The notes beneath the pieces were generated by a model. It was given only the letters and a program-made list of their open reading frames with translations, searched no databases and was not told the origin of the DNA. The position numbers and the translations under genes were made by a program. Source: Eledone cirrhosa (lineage: Eukaryota). Taken from it: a stretch of 64,000 bases of DNA. How positions within the stretch are numbered: the first letter of the stretch is position 1; each line of letters begins with the position of its first letter. Positions 1 to 14,281 of this stretch are shown one piece after another. The stretch lies in assembly GCA_964016885.1 (NCBI GenBank), contig OZ024741.1:7068001-7132000 (forward strand). The letters run 5' to 3'.

Positions 1-3000
1 GTGTTAGGTGAAGGCTATAAATAGGTTTAAACTAGGAATACTAGGTGGAGGGTATAAATAGATTTAAACTAGGAGTGTTAGGTGGAGGGTATAAAAAGGT
101 TTAAACTAGGATTGTTAGGTTCAGGGTATAAATAGGTTTAAAGTAGGAATGTTAGGTAGAGTGTATAAATAGGTTTAAACTAGGAATGTTAGGTGGAGGG
201 TATAAATAGGTTTAAACTAGGAATGTTAGGTGGAGGGTATAAATAGGTTTAAACTAGGAATGTTAGGTGGAGGGTATAAATAGTTTTCAACTAGGAATGT
301 TAGGTAGAGGGTATAAAGAGGTTTAAAGTAGGAATGTTAGGCGGAGGGTATAAATAGGTTTAAACTAGGAATGTTAGGTAGAGGGTATAAATAGGTTTAA
401 AGTAGGAATGTTAGGTAGAGGGTATAAATAGGTTTAAAGTAGGAATGTTAGGTGGAGTGTATAAATAGGTATAAAGTAGGAATGTTAGGTGAAGGGTATA
501 AACAGGTTTAAACTAGGAATGTTATGTAGAGGGTATAAACAGGTTTAAACTAGGAATGTTAGGTGGAGGGTATAAACAGTTTTAAACTAGAAATGTTAGG
601 TAGAGGGTATAAATAGGTTTAAAGTAGGAAAATTAAGTTGAAGGTATAAACAGTTTTAAACTAGGAATGTTAGGTAGAGGGTATAAACAGGTTTAAAGTA
701 GGAATGTTAGGTGAAGGGTATAAATAGGTTTAAACTAGGAATGTTAGGTGGAGTGTATAAATGAGTTTAAAGTAGGAATGTTAGGTGAAGGCTATAAACA
801 GGTTTAAACTAGGAGCGTTAGATGGAGGGTATAAACAGGTTTAAACTAGCAGTGTTAGGTGAAGGGTATAAACAGGTTTAAAGTAGGAGTGTTAGGTGAA
901 GGGTATAAATAGGTTTAAACTAGGAATGTTAGGTGGAGGGTATAAATAGGTTTAAACTAGGAATGTTAGGTGGAGGGTATAAACAGTTTTAAACTAGGAA
1001 TGTTAGGTTGAGGGTATAAACAGGTTTAAACTAGCAGTGTTAGGTGAAGGGTATAAACAGGTTTAAAGTAGGAGGGTTAGGTGAAGGGTATAAATAGGTT
1101 TAAACTAGGAATGTTAGGTGGAGGGTATAAATAGGTTTAAACTAGGAATGTTAGGTGGAGGGTATAAACAGTTTTAAACTAGGAATGTTAGGTTGAGGGT
1201 ATAAAAAGGTTTAAACTAGGAGTGTTAGGTGAAGGCTATAAATAGGTTTAAACTAGGAATATTAGGTGGAGGGTATAAATAGGTTTAAACTAGGAGTGTT
1301 AATTGGAGGGTATAAATAGGTTTAAACTAGGAGTGTTAGGTGAAGGCCATAAATAGGTTTAAACTAGGAATATTAGGTGAAGGGTATAAATAGGTTTAAA
1401 CTAGGAATGTTAGGTGGAGGTTAAAAATAGGTTTAAACTAGGAATGTTAGGTGGAGGGTATAAATAGGTTTAAACTAGGAATGTTAGGTGGAGGGTATAA
1501 ATATGTTTAAACTAGGAATGTTAGGTAGAAGGTATAAATAGGTTTAAACTAGGAATGTTAAGTGGAGGGTATAAATAGGTTTAAACTAGGAATGTTAGGT
1601 GGAGGGTATAAATAGGTTTAAATTAGGAGTGCTAGGTAGAGGGTATAAAAGGTTTAAAGTAGAAATGTTAGGTAGAGGGTATAAATAGGTTTAAACTAGG
1701 AATGTTAGGTGGAGGGTATAAATAGGTTTAAACTAGGAATGTTAGGTGGAGGGTATAAATAGGTTTAAACTAGGAGTGTTAGGTGGAGGGTATAAAGAGG
1801 TTTAAACTAGGAATGTTAGGTGGAGCGTGTAAATAGGTTTAAAGTAGGAATGTTAGGTAGAGGGTATAAATAGGTTTAAACTAAGAATGTTAGGTGGAGG
1901 GAATAAACAGGTTTAAACTAGGAATGTTAGGTGGAGTGTATAAATAGGTTTAAACTAGGAATGTTAGGTGGAGGGTATAAATAGTTTTAAACTAGGAGTG
2001 TTAGGTGAAGGCTATAAATAGGTTTAAACTAGGAATATTAGGTGGAGGGTATAAATGGGTTTAAACTAGGAGTGTTAGGTGGAGGGTATAAAGAGGTTAA
2101 ACTAGGAATGTTAGGTGGAGCGTATAAATAGGTTTAAAGTAGGAATGTTAGGTAGAGGGTATAAATAGGTTTAAACTAGGAATGTTAGGTGGAGGGTATA
2201 AAGAGGTTTATACTAGGAATGTTAGGTGGAGGGTATAAATAGGTTTAAACTAGGAATGTTAGGTGGAGGGTATAAATAGTTTTAAACTAGGAGTTTTAGG
2301 TGAAGGCTATAAATAGGTTTAAACTAGGAATATTAGGTGGAGGGTATAAATAGGTTTAAACTAGGAGTGTTAGGTGGAGGGTATAAACAGGTTTAAACTA
2401 GGAATGTTAGGTTGAGGGTATAAACAGGTTTAAACTAGGAGTGTTAGGTGAAGGCTATAAATAGGTTTAAACTAGGAATATTAGGTGGAGGGTATAAATA
2501 GGTTTAAACTAGGAGTGTTAATTGGAGGGTATAAATAGGTTTAAACTAGGAGTGTTAGGTGAAGGCCATAAATAGGTTTAAACTAGGAATATTAGGTGAA
2601 GGGTATAAATAGGTTTAAACTAGGAATGTTAGGTGGAGGTTAAAAATAGGTTTAAACTAGGAATGTTAGGTGGAGGGTATAAATATGTTTAAACTAGGAA
2701 TGTTAGGTAGAAGGTATAAATAGGTTTAAACTAGGAATGTTAAGTGGAGGGTATAAATAGGTTTAAACTAGGAATGTTAGGTTGAGGGTATAAATAGGTT
2801 TAAAGTAGGAGTGCTAGGTAGAGGGTATAAAAGGTTTAAAGTAGAAATGTTAGGTAGAGGGTATAAATAGGTTTAAAATAGGAATGTTAGGTGGAGGGTA
2901 TAAATAGGTTTAAAGTAGGAATGTTAGGTAGAGGGTATAAACAGGTTTAAACTAGGAATGTTAGGTGGAGGGTATAAATAGGTTTAAACTAGGAATGTTA

Positions 3001-6000
3001 GGTGGAGGGTATAAATGGGTTTAAAGTAGGAATGTTAGGTGGAGGGTATAAACAGTTTTAAACTAAGAGTGTTAGGTGAAGGCTATAAATAGGTTTAAAC
3101 TAGGAATACTAGGTGGAGGGTATAAATAGATTTAAACTAGGAGTGTTAGGTGGAGGGTATAAATAGGTTTAAACTAGGATTGTTAGGTTCAGGGTATAAA
3201 TAGGTTTAAAGTAGGAATGTTAGGTAGAGTGTATAAATAGGTTTAAACTAGGAATGTTAGGTGGAGGGTATAAATAGGTTTAAACTAGGAATGTTAGGTG
3301 GAGGGTATAAATGGGTTTAAAGTAGGCATGTTAGGTGAAGGCTATAAACAGGTTTAAACTAGGAATATTAGGTGGAGGGTATAAATAGGTTTAAACTAGG
3401 AGTGTTAGTTGGATGGTATAAATAGGTTTAAACTAGGAATGTTAGGTGGAGGGTATAAATAGGTTTAAACTAGGAATGTTAGGTGGAGGGTATAAACAGT
3501 TTTAAACTTGGAATGTTAGGTAGAGGGTATAAAGAGGTTTAAAGTAGGAATGTTAGGCGGAGGGTATAAATAGGTTTAAACTAGGAACGTTAGGTAGAGG
3601 GTATAAACAGCTTTAAAGTAGGAATGTTAGGTAGAGGGTATAAATAGGTTTAAAGTAGGAATGTTAGGTGGAGGGTATAAATAGGTTTAAAGTAGGAGTG
3701 TTAGGTGAACGGTATAAATAGGTTTAAAGTAGGAAAGTTAGGTGAAGGGTATAAATAGGTTTAAACAAGGAATGTCAGGTGCAGGGTATAAACAGGTTTA
3801 AACTAAGAATGTTAGGTGAAGGGTATAAATATGTTTAAACTAGGAGTGTTAGGTAGAAGGTATAAATAGGTTTAAACTAGGAATATTAGGTGGAGGGTAT
3901 AAATAAGTTTAAACTAGGAGTGTTAGGTGAAGGCTATAAATAGGTTTAAACTAGCAATGTCAGGTGCAGGGTATAAATAGGTTTAAACTAAGAGTGTTAG
4001 GTGAAGGGTATAAATAGGTTTAAACTAGGAGTGTTAGGTGAAGGCTATAAATAGGTTTAAACTAGGAATATTAGGTGGAGGGTATAAATAGGTTTAAACT
4101 AGGAATGTTAGGTGGAGGGTACAAATAGGTTTAAACTAGGAGTGTTAGGTGAAGGCTATAAATAGGTTTAAACTAGGAATATTAGGTGGAGGGTATAAAT
4201 AGGTTTAAACTAGGAATGTTAGGTGGAGGGTACAAATAGGTTTAAACTAGGAGTGTTAGGTGAAGACTATAAATAGGTTTAAACTATGAATATTAAGTGG
4301 AGGGTATAAATAGGTTTAAACTAGGAGTGTTAGGTGGAGGGTATAAACAGGTTTAAACTAGGAATGTTAGGTTGAGGGTATAAAAAGGTTTAAACTAGGA
4401 GTGTTAGGTGAAGGCTATAAATATGTTTAAACTAGGAATATTAGGTGGAGGGTATAAATAGGTTTAAACTAGGAGTGTTAGGTGGAGGGTATAAACAGGT
4501 TTAAACTAGGAGTGTTAAATGAAGGCCATAAATAGGTTTAAACTAGGAATATTAGGTGGAGGATATAAATAGGTTTAAACTAGGAATGTTAGGTGGAGGT
4601 TAGAAATAGGTTTAAACTAGGAATATCAGGTGGAGGGTATAAATAGGTTTAAACTAGGAATGTTAGGTGGAGGGTATAAATATGTTTAAACTAGGAATGT
4701 TAGGTAGAAGGTATAAATAGGTTTAAACTAGGAATGTTAGGTGGAGGGTATAAATAGGTTTAAACTAGGAGTGTTAGGTGGAGGGTATAAAGAGGTTTAA
4801 ACTAGGAATGTTAGGTGGAGCGTGTAAATAGGTTTAAAGTAGGAATGTTAGGTAGAGGGTATAAATAGGTTTAAACTAAGAATGTTAGGTGGAGGGAATA
4901 AACAGGTTCAAACTAGGAATGTTAGGTGGAGTGTATAAATAGGTTTAAACTAGGAATGTTAGGTGGAGGGTATAAATAGTTTTAAACTAGGAGTGTTAGG
5001 TGAAGGCTATAAATAGGTTTAAACTAGGAATATTAGGTGGAGGGTATAAATAGGTTTAAACTAGGAGTGTTAGGTGGAGGGTATAAAGAGGTTAAACTAG
5101 GAATGTTAGGTGGAGCGTATAAATAGGTTTAAAGTAGGAATGTTAGGTAGAGGCTATAAAAAGGTTTAAACTAGGAATGTTAGGTGGAGGGTATAAATAG
5201 GTTTATACTAGGAATGTTAGGTGGAGGGTATAAATAGGTTTAAACTAGGAATGTTAGGTGGAGGGTATAAATAGTTTTAAACTAGGAGTTTTAGGTGAAG
5301 GCTATAAATAGGTTTAAACTAGGAATATTAGGTGGAGGGTATAAATAGGTTTAAACTAGGAGTGTTAGGTGGAGGGTATAAACAGGTTTAAACTAGGAAT
5401 GTTAGGTTGAGGGTATAAACAGGTTTAAACTAGGAGTGTTAGGTGAAGGCTATAAATAGGTTTAAACTAGGAATATTAGGTGGAGGGTATAAATAGGTTT
5501 AAACTAGGAGTGTTAAGTGGAGGGTATAAATAGGTTTAAACTAGGAGTGTTAGGTGAAGGCCATAAATAGGTTTAAACTAGGAATATTAGGTGAAGGGTA
5601 TAAATAGGTTTAAACTAGGAATGTTAGGTGGAGGTTAAAAATAGGTTTAAACTAGGAATGTTAGGTGGAGGGTATAAATAGGTTTAAACTAGGAATGTTA
5701 GGTGGAGGGTATAAATATGTTTAAACTAGGAATGTTAGGTAGAAGGTATAAATAGGTTTAAACTAGGAATGTTAAGTGGAGGGTATAAATAGGTTTAAAC
5801 TAGGAATGTTAGGTGGAGGGTATAAATAGGTTTAAAGTAGGAGTGCTAGGTAGAGGGTATAAAAGGTTTAAAGTAGAAATGTTAGGTAGAGGGTATAAAT
5901 AGGTTTAAAATAGGAATGTTAGGTGGAGAGTATAAATAGGTTTAAAGTAGGAATGTTAGGTAGAGGGTATAAACAGGTTTAAACTAGGAATGTTAGGTGG

Positions 6001-8949
6001 AGGGTATAAATAGGTTTAAACTAGAAGTGTTAGGTAGAGGGTATAAACAGGTTTAAAGTAGGAATGTTAGGTTGAGGGTATAAACAGGTTTAAACTAGGA
6101 ATGTTAGGTAGAGGGTATAAATAGGTTTAAACTAGGAATGTTAGGTGGAGGGTATAAATAGGTTTAAAGTAGGAATGTTAGGTGAAGGGTATAAATAGGT
6201 TTAAACTAGGAATGTTAGGTGGAGGGTATAAATGGGTTTAAAGTAGGAATGTTAGGTGGAGGGTATAAACAGTTTTAAACTAAGAGTGTTAGGTGAAGGC
6301 TATAAACAGGTTTAAACTAGGAATACTAGGTGGAGGGTATAAATAGATTTAAACTAGGAGTGTTAGGTGGAGGGTATAAAAAGGTTTAAACTAGGATTGT
6401 TAGGTTCAGGGTATAAATAGGTTTAAAGTAGGAATGTTAGGTAGAGTGTATAAATAGGTTTAAACTAGGAATGTTAGGTGGAGGGTATAAATAGGTTTAA
6501 ACTAGGAATGTTAGGTGGAGGGTATAAATAGGTTTAAACTAGGAATGTTAGGTGGAGGGTATAAATAGTTTTCAACTAGGAATGTTAGGTAGAGGGTATA
6601 AAGAGGTTTAAAGTAGGAATGTTAGGCGGAGGGTATAAATAGGTTTAAACTAGGAATGTTAGGTAGAGGGTATAAATAGGTTTAAAGTAGGAATGTTAGG
6701 TAGAGGGTATAAATAGGTTTAAAGTAGGAATGTTAGGTGGAGTGTATAAATAGGTATAAAGTAGGAATGTTAGGTGAAGGGTATAAACAGGTTTAAACTA
6801 GGAATGTTATGTAGAGGGTATAAACAGGTTTAAACTAGGAATGTTAGGTGGAGGGTATAAACAGTTTTAAACTAGAAATGTTAGGTAGAGGGTATAAATA
6901 GGTTTAAAGTAGGAAAATTAAGTTGAAGGTATAAACAGTTTTAAACTAGGAATGTTAGGTAGAGGGTATAAACAGGTTTAAAGTAGGAATGTTAGGTGAA
7001 GGGTATAAATAGGTTTAAACTAGGAATGTTAGGTGGAGGGTATAAATGAGTTTAAAGTAGGAATGTTAGGTGAAGGCTATAAACAGGTTTAAACTAGGAG
7101 CGTTAGGTGGAGGGTATAAACAGGTTTAAACTAGCAGTGTTAGGTGAAGGGTATAAACAGGTTTAAAGTAGGAGTGTTAGGTGAAGGGTATAAATAGGTT
7201 TAAACTAGGAATGTTAGGTGGAGGGTATAAATAGGTTTAAACTAGGAATGTTAGGTGGAGGGTATAAACAGTTTTAAACTAGGAATGTTAGGTTGAGGGT
7301 ATAAACAGGTTTAAACTAGCAGTGTTAGGTGAAGGGTATAAACAGGTTTAAAGTAGGAGGGTTAGGTGAAGGGTATAAATAGGTTTAAACTAGGAATGTT
7401 AGGTGGAGGGTATAAAAAGGTTTAAACTAGGAGTGTTAGGTGAAGGCTATAAATAGGTTTAAACTAGGAATATTAGGTGGAGGGTATAAATAGGTTTAAA
7501 CTAGGAGTGTTAATTGGAGGGTATAAATAGGTTTAAACTAGGAGTGTTAGGTGAAGGCCATAAATAGGTTTAAACTAGGAATATTAGGTGAAGGGTATAA
7601 ATAGGTTTAAACTAGGAATGTTAGGTGGAGGTTAAAAATAGGTTTAAACTAGGAATGTTAGGTGGAGGGTATAAATAGGTTTAAACTAGGAATGTTAGGT
7701 GGAGGGTATAAATATGTTTAAACTAGGAATGTTAGGTAGAAGGTATAAATAGGTTTAAACTAGGAATGTTAGGTGGAGGGTATAAATAGGTTTAAACTAG
7801 GAATGTTAGGTGGAGGGTATAAATAGGTTTAAAGTAGGAGTGCTAGGTAGAGGGTATAAAAGGTTTAAAGTAGAAATGTTAGGTAGAGGGTATAAATAGG
7901 TTTAAAATAGGAATGTTAGGTGGAGGGTATAAATAGGTTTAAAGTAGGAATGTTAGGTAGAGGGTATAAACAGGTTTAAACTAGGAATGTTAGGTGGAGG
8001 GTATAAATAGGTTTAAACTTGGAATGTTAGGTGGAGGGTATAAATAGGTTTAAAGTAGAAATGTTAGGTGAAGGGTATGAATAGGTTTAAACTAGGAATG
8101 TTAGGTGGAGGGTATAAATGGGTTTAAAGTAGGAATGTTAGGTGGAGGGTATAAACAGTTTTAAACTAAGAGTGTTAGGTGAAGGCTATAAATAGGTTTA
8201 AACTAGGAATACTAGGTGGAGGGTATAAATAGATTTAAACTAGGAGTGTTAGGTGGAGGGTATAAATAGGTTTAAACTAGGATTGTTAGGTTCAGGGTAT
8301 AAATAGGTTTAAAGTAGGAATGTTAGGTAGAGTGTATAAATAGGTTTAAACTAGGAATGTTAGGTGGAGGGTATAAATAGGTTTAAACTAGGAATGTTAG
8401 GTGGAGGGTATAAATGGGTTTAAAGTAGGCATGTTAGGTGAAGGCTATAAACAGGTTTAAACTAGGAATATTAGGTGGAGGGTATAAATAGGTTTAAACT
8501 AGGAGTGTTAGTTGGATGGTATAAATAGGTTTAAACTAGGAATGTTAGGTGGAGGGTATAAATAGGTTTAAACTAGGAATGTTAGGTGGAGGGTATAAAC
8601 AGTTTTAAACTTGGAATGTTAGGTAGAGGGTATAAAGAGGTTTAAAGTAGGAATGTTAGGCGGAGGGTATAAATAGGTTTAAACTAGGAACGTTAGGTAG
8701 AGGGTATAAACAGCTTTAAAGTAGGAATGTTAGGTAGAGGGTATAAATAGATTTAAAGTAGGAATGTTAGGTGGAGGGTATAAATAGGTTTAAAGTAGGA
8801 GTGTTAGGTGAACGGTATAAATAGGTTTAAAGTAGGAAAGTTAGGTGAAGGGTATAAATAGGTTTAAACAAGGAATGTCAGGTGCAGGGTATAAACAGGT
8901 TTAAACTAAGAATGTTAGGTGAAGGGTATAAATATGTTTAAACTAGGAG

Positions 8950-11900
8950 TGTTAGGTAGAAGGTATAAATAGGTTTAAACTAGGAATATTAGGTGGAGGG
9001 TATAAATAAGTTTAAACTAGGAGTGTTAGGTGAAGGCTATAAATAGGTTTAAACTAGCAATGTCAGGTGCAGGGTATAAATAGGTTTAAACTAAGAGTGT
9101 TAGGTGAAGGGTATAAATAGGTTTAAACTAGGAGTGTTAGGTGAAGGCTATAAATAGGTTTAAACTTAGAATATTAGGTGGAGGGTATAAATAGGTTTAA
9201 ACTAGGAATGTTAGGTGGAGGGTACAAATAGGTTTAAACTAGGAGTGTTAGGTGAAGGCTATAAATAGGTTTAAACTAGGAATATTAGGTGGAGGGTATA
9301 AATAGGTTTAAACTAGGAATGTTAGGTGGAGGGTACAAATAGGTTTAAACTAGGAGTGTTAGGTGAAGACTATAAATAGGTTTAAACTATGAATATTAAG
9401 TGGAGGGTATAAATAGGTTTAAACTAGCAGTGTTAGGTGGAGGGTATAAACAGGTTTAAACTAGGAATGTTAGGTTGAGGGTATAAAAAGGTTTAAACTA
9501 GGAGTGTTAGGTGAAGGCTATAAATATGTTTAAACTAGGAATATTAGGTGGAGGGTATAAATAGGTTTAAACTAGGAGTGTTAGGTGGAGGGTATAAACA
9601 GGTTTAAACTAGGAGTGTTAAATGAAGGCCATAAACAGGTTTAAACTAGGAATATTAGGTGGAGGATATAAATAGGTTTAAACTAGGAATGTTAGGTGGA
9701 GGTTAGAAATAGGTTTAAACTAGGAATATCAGGTGGAGGGTATAAATAGGTTTAAACTAGGAGTGTTAGGTGGAGGGTATAAACAGGTTTAAACTAGGAA
9801 TGTTAGGTTGAGGGTATAAAAAGGTTTAAACTAGGAGTGTTAGGTGAAGGCTATAAATATGTTTAAACTAGGAATATTAGGTGGAGGGTATAAATAGGTT
9901 TAAACTAGCAGTGTTAGGTGGAGGGTATAAACAGGTTTAAACTAGGAGTGTTAAATGAAGGCCATAAATAGGTTTAAACTAGGAATATTAGGTGGAGGAT
10001 ATAAATAGGTTTAAACTAGGAATGTTAGGTGGAGGTTAGAAATAGGTTTAAACTAGGAATATCAGGTGGAGGGTATAAATAGGTTTAAACTAGGAATGTT
10101 AGGTGGAGGGTATAAATATGTTTAAACTAGGAATGTTAGGTAGAAGGTATAAATAGGTTTAAACTAGGAATGTTAGGTGGAGGGTATAAATAGGTTTAAA
10201 CTAGGAGTGTTAGGTGGAGGGTATAAAGAGGTTTAAACTAGGAATGTTAGGTGGAGCGTGTAAATAGGTTTAAAGTAGGAATGTTAGGTAGAGGGTATAA
10301 ATAGGTTTAAACTAAGAATGTTAGGTGGAGGGAATAAACAGGTTCAAACTAGGAATGTTAGGTGGAGTGTATAAATAGGTTTAAACTAGGAATGTTAGGT
10401 GGAGGGTATAAATAGTTTTAAACTAGGAGTGTTAGGTGAAGGCTATAAATAGGTTTAAACTAGGAATATTAGGTGGAGGGTATAAATAGGTTTAAACTAG
10501 GAGTGTTAGGTGGAGGGTATAAAGAGGTTAAACTAGGAATGTTAGGTGGAGCGTATAAATAGGTTTAAAGTAGGAATGTTAGGTAGAGGCTATAAATAGG
10601 TTTAAACTAGGAATGTTAGGTGGAGGGTATAAATAGGTTTATACTAGGAATGTTAGGTGGAGGGTATAAATAGGTTTAAACTAGGAATGTTAGGTGGAGG
10701 GTATAAATAGTTTTAAACTAGGAGTTTTAGGTGAAGGCTATAAATAGGTTTAAACTAGGAATATTAGGTGGAGGGTATAAATAGGTTTAAACTAGGAGTG
10801 TTAGGTGGAGGGTATAAACAGGTTTAAACTAGGAATGTTAGGTTGAGGGTATAAACAGGTTTAAACTAGGAGTGTTAGGTGAAGGCTATAAATAGGTTTA
10901 AACTAGGAATATTAGGTGGAGGGTATAAATAGGTTTAAACTAGGAGTGTTAAGTGGAGGGTATAAATAGGTTTAAACTAGGAGTGTTAGGTGAAGGCCAT
11001 AAATAGGTTTAAACTAGGAATATTAGGTGAAGGGTATAAATAGGTTTAAACTAGGAATGTTAGGTGGAGGTTAAAAATAGGTTTAAACTAGGAATGTTAG
11101 GTGGAGGGTATAAATAGGTTTAAACTAGGAATGTTAGGTGGAGGGTATAAATATGTTTAAACTAGGAATGTTAAGTGGAGGGTATAAATAGGTTTAAACT
11201 AGGAATGTTAGGTGGAGGGTATAAATAGGTTTAAAGTAGGAGTGCTAGGTAAAGGGTATAAAAGGTTTAAAGTAGAAATGTTAGGTAGAGGGTATAAATA
11301 GTTTTAAAATAGGAATGTTAGGTGGAGAGTATAAATAGGTTTAAAGTAGGAATGTTAGGTAGAGGGTATAAACAGGTTTAAACTAGGAATGTTAGGTGGA
11401 GGGTATAAATAGGTTTAAACTAGAAGTGTTAGGTAGAGGGTATAAACAGGTTTAAAGTAGGAATGTTAGGTTGAGGGTATAAACAGGTTTAAACTAGGAA
11501 TGTTAGGTAGAGGGTATAAATAGGTTTAAACTAGGAATGTTAGGTGGAGGGTATAAATAGGTTTAAAGTAGGAATGTTAGGTGAAGGGTATAAATAGGTT
11601 TAAACTAGGAATGTTAGGTAGAAGGTATAAATAGGTTTAAACTAGGAATATTAGGTGGAGGGTATAAATAAGTTTAAACTAGGAGTGTTAGGTGAAGGCT
11701 ATAAATAGGTTTAAACTAGCAATGTCAGGTGCAGGGTATAAATAGGTTTAAACTAAGAGTGTTAGGTGAAGGGTATAAATAGGTTTAAACTAGGAGTGTT
11801 AGGTGAAGGCTATAAATAGGTTTAAACTTAGAATATTAGGTGGAGGGTATAAATAGGTTTAAACTAGGAATGTTAGGTGGAGGGTACAAATAGGTTTAAA

Positions 11901-14281
11901 CTAGGAGTGTTAGGTGAAGGCTATAAATAGGTTTAAACTAGGAATATTAGGTGGAGGGTATAAATAGGTTTAAACTAGGAATGTTAGGTGGAGGGTACAA
12001 ATAGGTTTAAACTAGGAGTGTTAGGTGAAGACTATAAATAGGTTTAAACTATGAATATTAAGTGGAGGGTATAAATAGGTTTAAACTAGCAGTGTTAGGT
12101 GGAGGGTATAAACAGGTTTAAACTAGGAATGTTAGGTTGAGGGTATAAAAAGGTTTAAACTAGGAGTGTTAGGTGAAGGCTATAAATATGTTTAAACTAG
12201 GAATATTAGGTGGAGGGTATAAATAGGTTTAAACTAGGAGTGTTAGGTGGAGGGTATAAACAGGTTTAAACTAGGAGTGTTAAATGAAGGCCATAAACAG
12301 GTTTAAACTAGGAATATTAGGTGGAGGATATAAATAGGTTTAAACTAGGAATGTTAGGTGGAGGTTAGAAATAGGTTTAAACTAGGAATATCAGGTGGAG
12401 GGTATAAATAGGTTTAAACTAGGAGTGTTAGGTGGAGGGTATAAACAGGTTTAAACTAGGAATGTTAGGTTGAGGGTATAAAAAGGTTTAAACTAGGAGT
12501 GTTAGGTGAAGGCTATAAATATGTTTAAACTAGGAATATTAGGTGGAGGGTATAAATAGGTTTAAACTAGCAGTGTTAGGTGGAGGGTATAAACAGGTTT
12601 AAACTAGGAGTGTTAAATGAAGGCCATAAATAGGTTTAAACTAGGAATATTAGGTGGAGGATATAAATAGGTTTAAACTAGGAATGTTAGGTGGAGGTTA
12701 GAAATAGGTTTAAACTAGGAATATCAGGTGGAGGGTATAAATAGGTTTAAACTAGGAATGTTAGGTGGAGGGTATAAATATGTTTAAACTAGGAATGTTA
12801 GGTAGAAGGTATAAATAGGTTTAAACTAGGAATGTTAGGTGGAGGGTATAAATAGGTTTAAACTAGGAGTGTTAGGTGGAGGGTATAAAGAGGTTTAAAC
12901 TAGGAATGTTAGGTGGAGCGTGTAAATAGGTTTAAAGTAGGAATGTTAGGTAGAGGGTATAAATAGGTTTAAACTAAGAATGTTAGGTGGAGGGAATAAA
13001 CAGGTTCAAACTAGGAATGTTAGGTGGAGTGTATAAATAGGTTTAAACTAGGAATGTTAGGTGGAGGGTATAAATAGTTTTAAACTAGGAGAGTTAGGTG
13101 AAGGCTATAAATAGGTTTAAACTAGGAATATTAGGTGGAGGGTATAAATAGGTTTAAACTAGGAGTGTTAGGTGGAGGGTATAAAGAGGTTAAACTAGGA
13201 ATGTTAGGTGGAGCGTATAAATAGGTTTAAAGTAGGAATGTTAGGTAGAGGCTATAAATAGGTTTAAACTAGGAATGTTAGGTGGAGGGTATAAATAGGT
13301 TTATACTAGGAATGTTAGGTGGAGGGTATAAATAGGTTTAAACTAGGAATGTTAGGTGGAGGGTATAAATAGTTTTAAACTAGGAGTTTTAGGTGAAGGC
13401 TATAAATAGGTTTAAACTAGGAATATTAGGTGGAGGGTATAAATAGGTTTAAACTAGGAGTGTTAGGTGGAGGGTATAAACAGGTTTAAACTAGGAATGT
13501 TAGGTTGAGGGTATAAACAGGTTTAAACTAGGAGTGTTAGGTGAAGGCTATAAATAGGTTTAAACTAGGAATATTAGGTGGAGGGTATAAATAGGTTTAA
13601 ACTAGGAGTGTTAAGTGGAGGGTATAAATAGGTTTAAACTAGGAGTGTTAGGTGAAGGCCATAAATAGGTTTAAACTAGGAATATTAGGTGAAGGGTATA
13701 AATAGGTTTAAACTAGGAATGTTAGGTGGAGGTTAAAAATAGGTTTAAACTAGGAATGTTAGGTGGAGGGTATAAATAGGTTTAAACTAGGAATGTTAGG
13801 TGGAGGGTATAAATATGTTTAAACTAGGAATGTTAAGTGGAGGGTATAAATAGGTTTAAACTAGGAATGTTAGGTGGAGGGTATAAATAGGTTTAAAGTA
13901 GGAGTGCTAGGTAAAGGGTATAAAAGGTTTAAAGTAGAAATGTTAGGTAGAGGGTATAAATAGTTTTAAAATAGGAATGTTAGGTGGAGAGTATAAATAG
14001 GTTTAAAGTAGGAATGTTAGGTAGAGGGTATAAACAGGTTTAAACTAGGAATGTTAGGTGGAGGGTATAAATAGGTTTAAACTAGAAGTGTTAGGTAGAG
14101 GGTATAAACAGGTTTAAAGTAGGAATGTTAGGTTGAGGGTATAAACAGGTTTAAACTAGGAATGTTAGGTAGAGGGTATAAATAGGTTTAAACTAGGAAT
14201 GTTAGGTGGAGGGTATAAATAGGTTTAAAGTAGGAATGTTAGGTGAAGGGTATAAATAGGTTTAAACTAGGAATGTTAGGT
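8950..14281 (+). repeat. Recent tandem duplication of a 2,662-bp block (72 monomers)
   Basis: Rare markers recur at offset 2662: AAACTTAGA (~9162/~11824) and GTAAAGGG (11249/13911). 2662 equals 72x37 minus 2, consistent with two 36-bp monomers. Confidence 0.85.
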
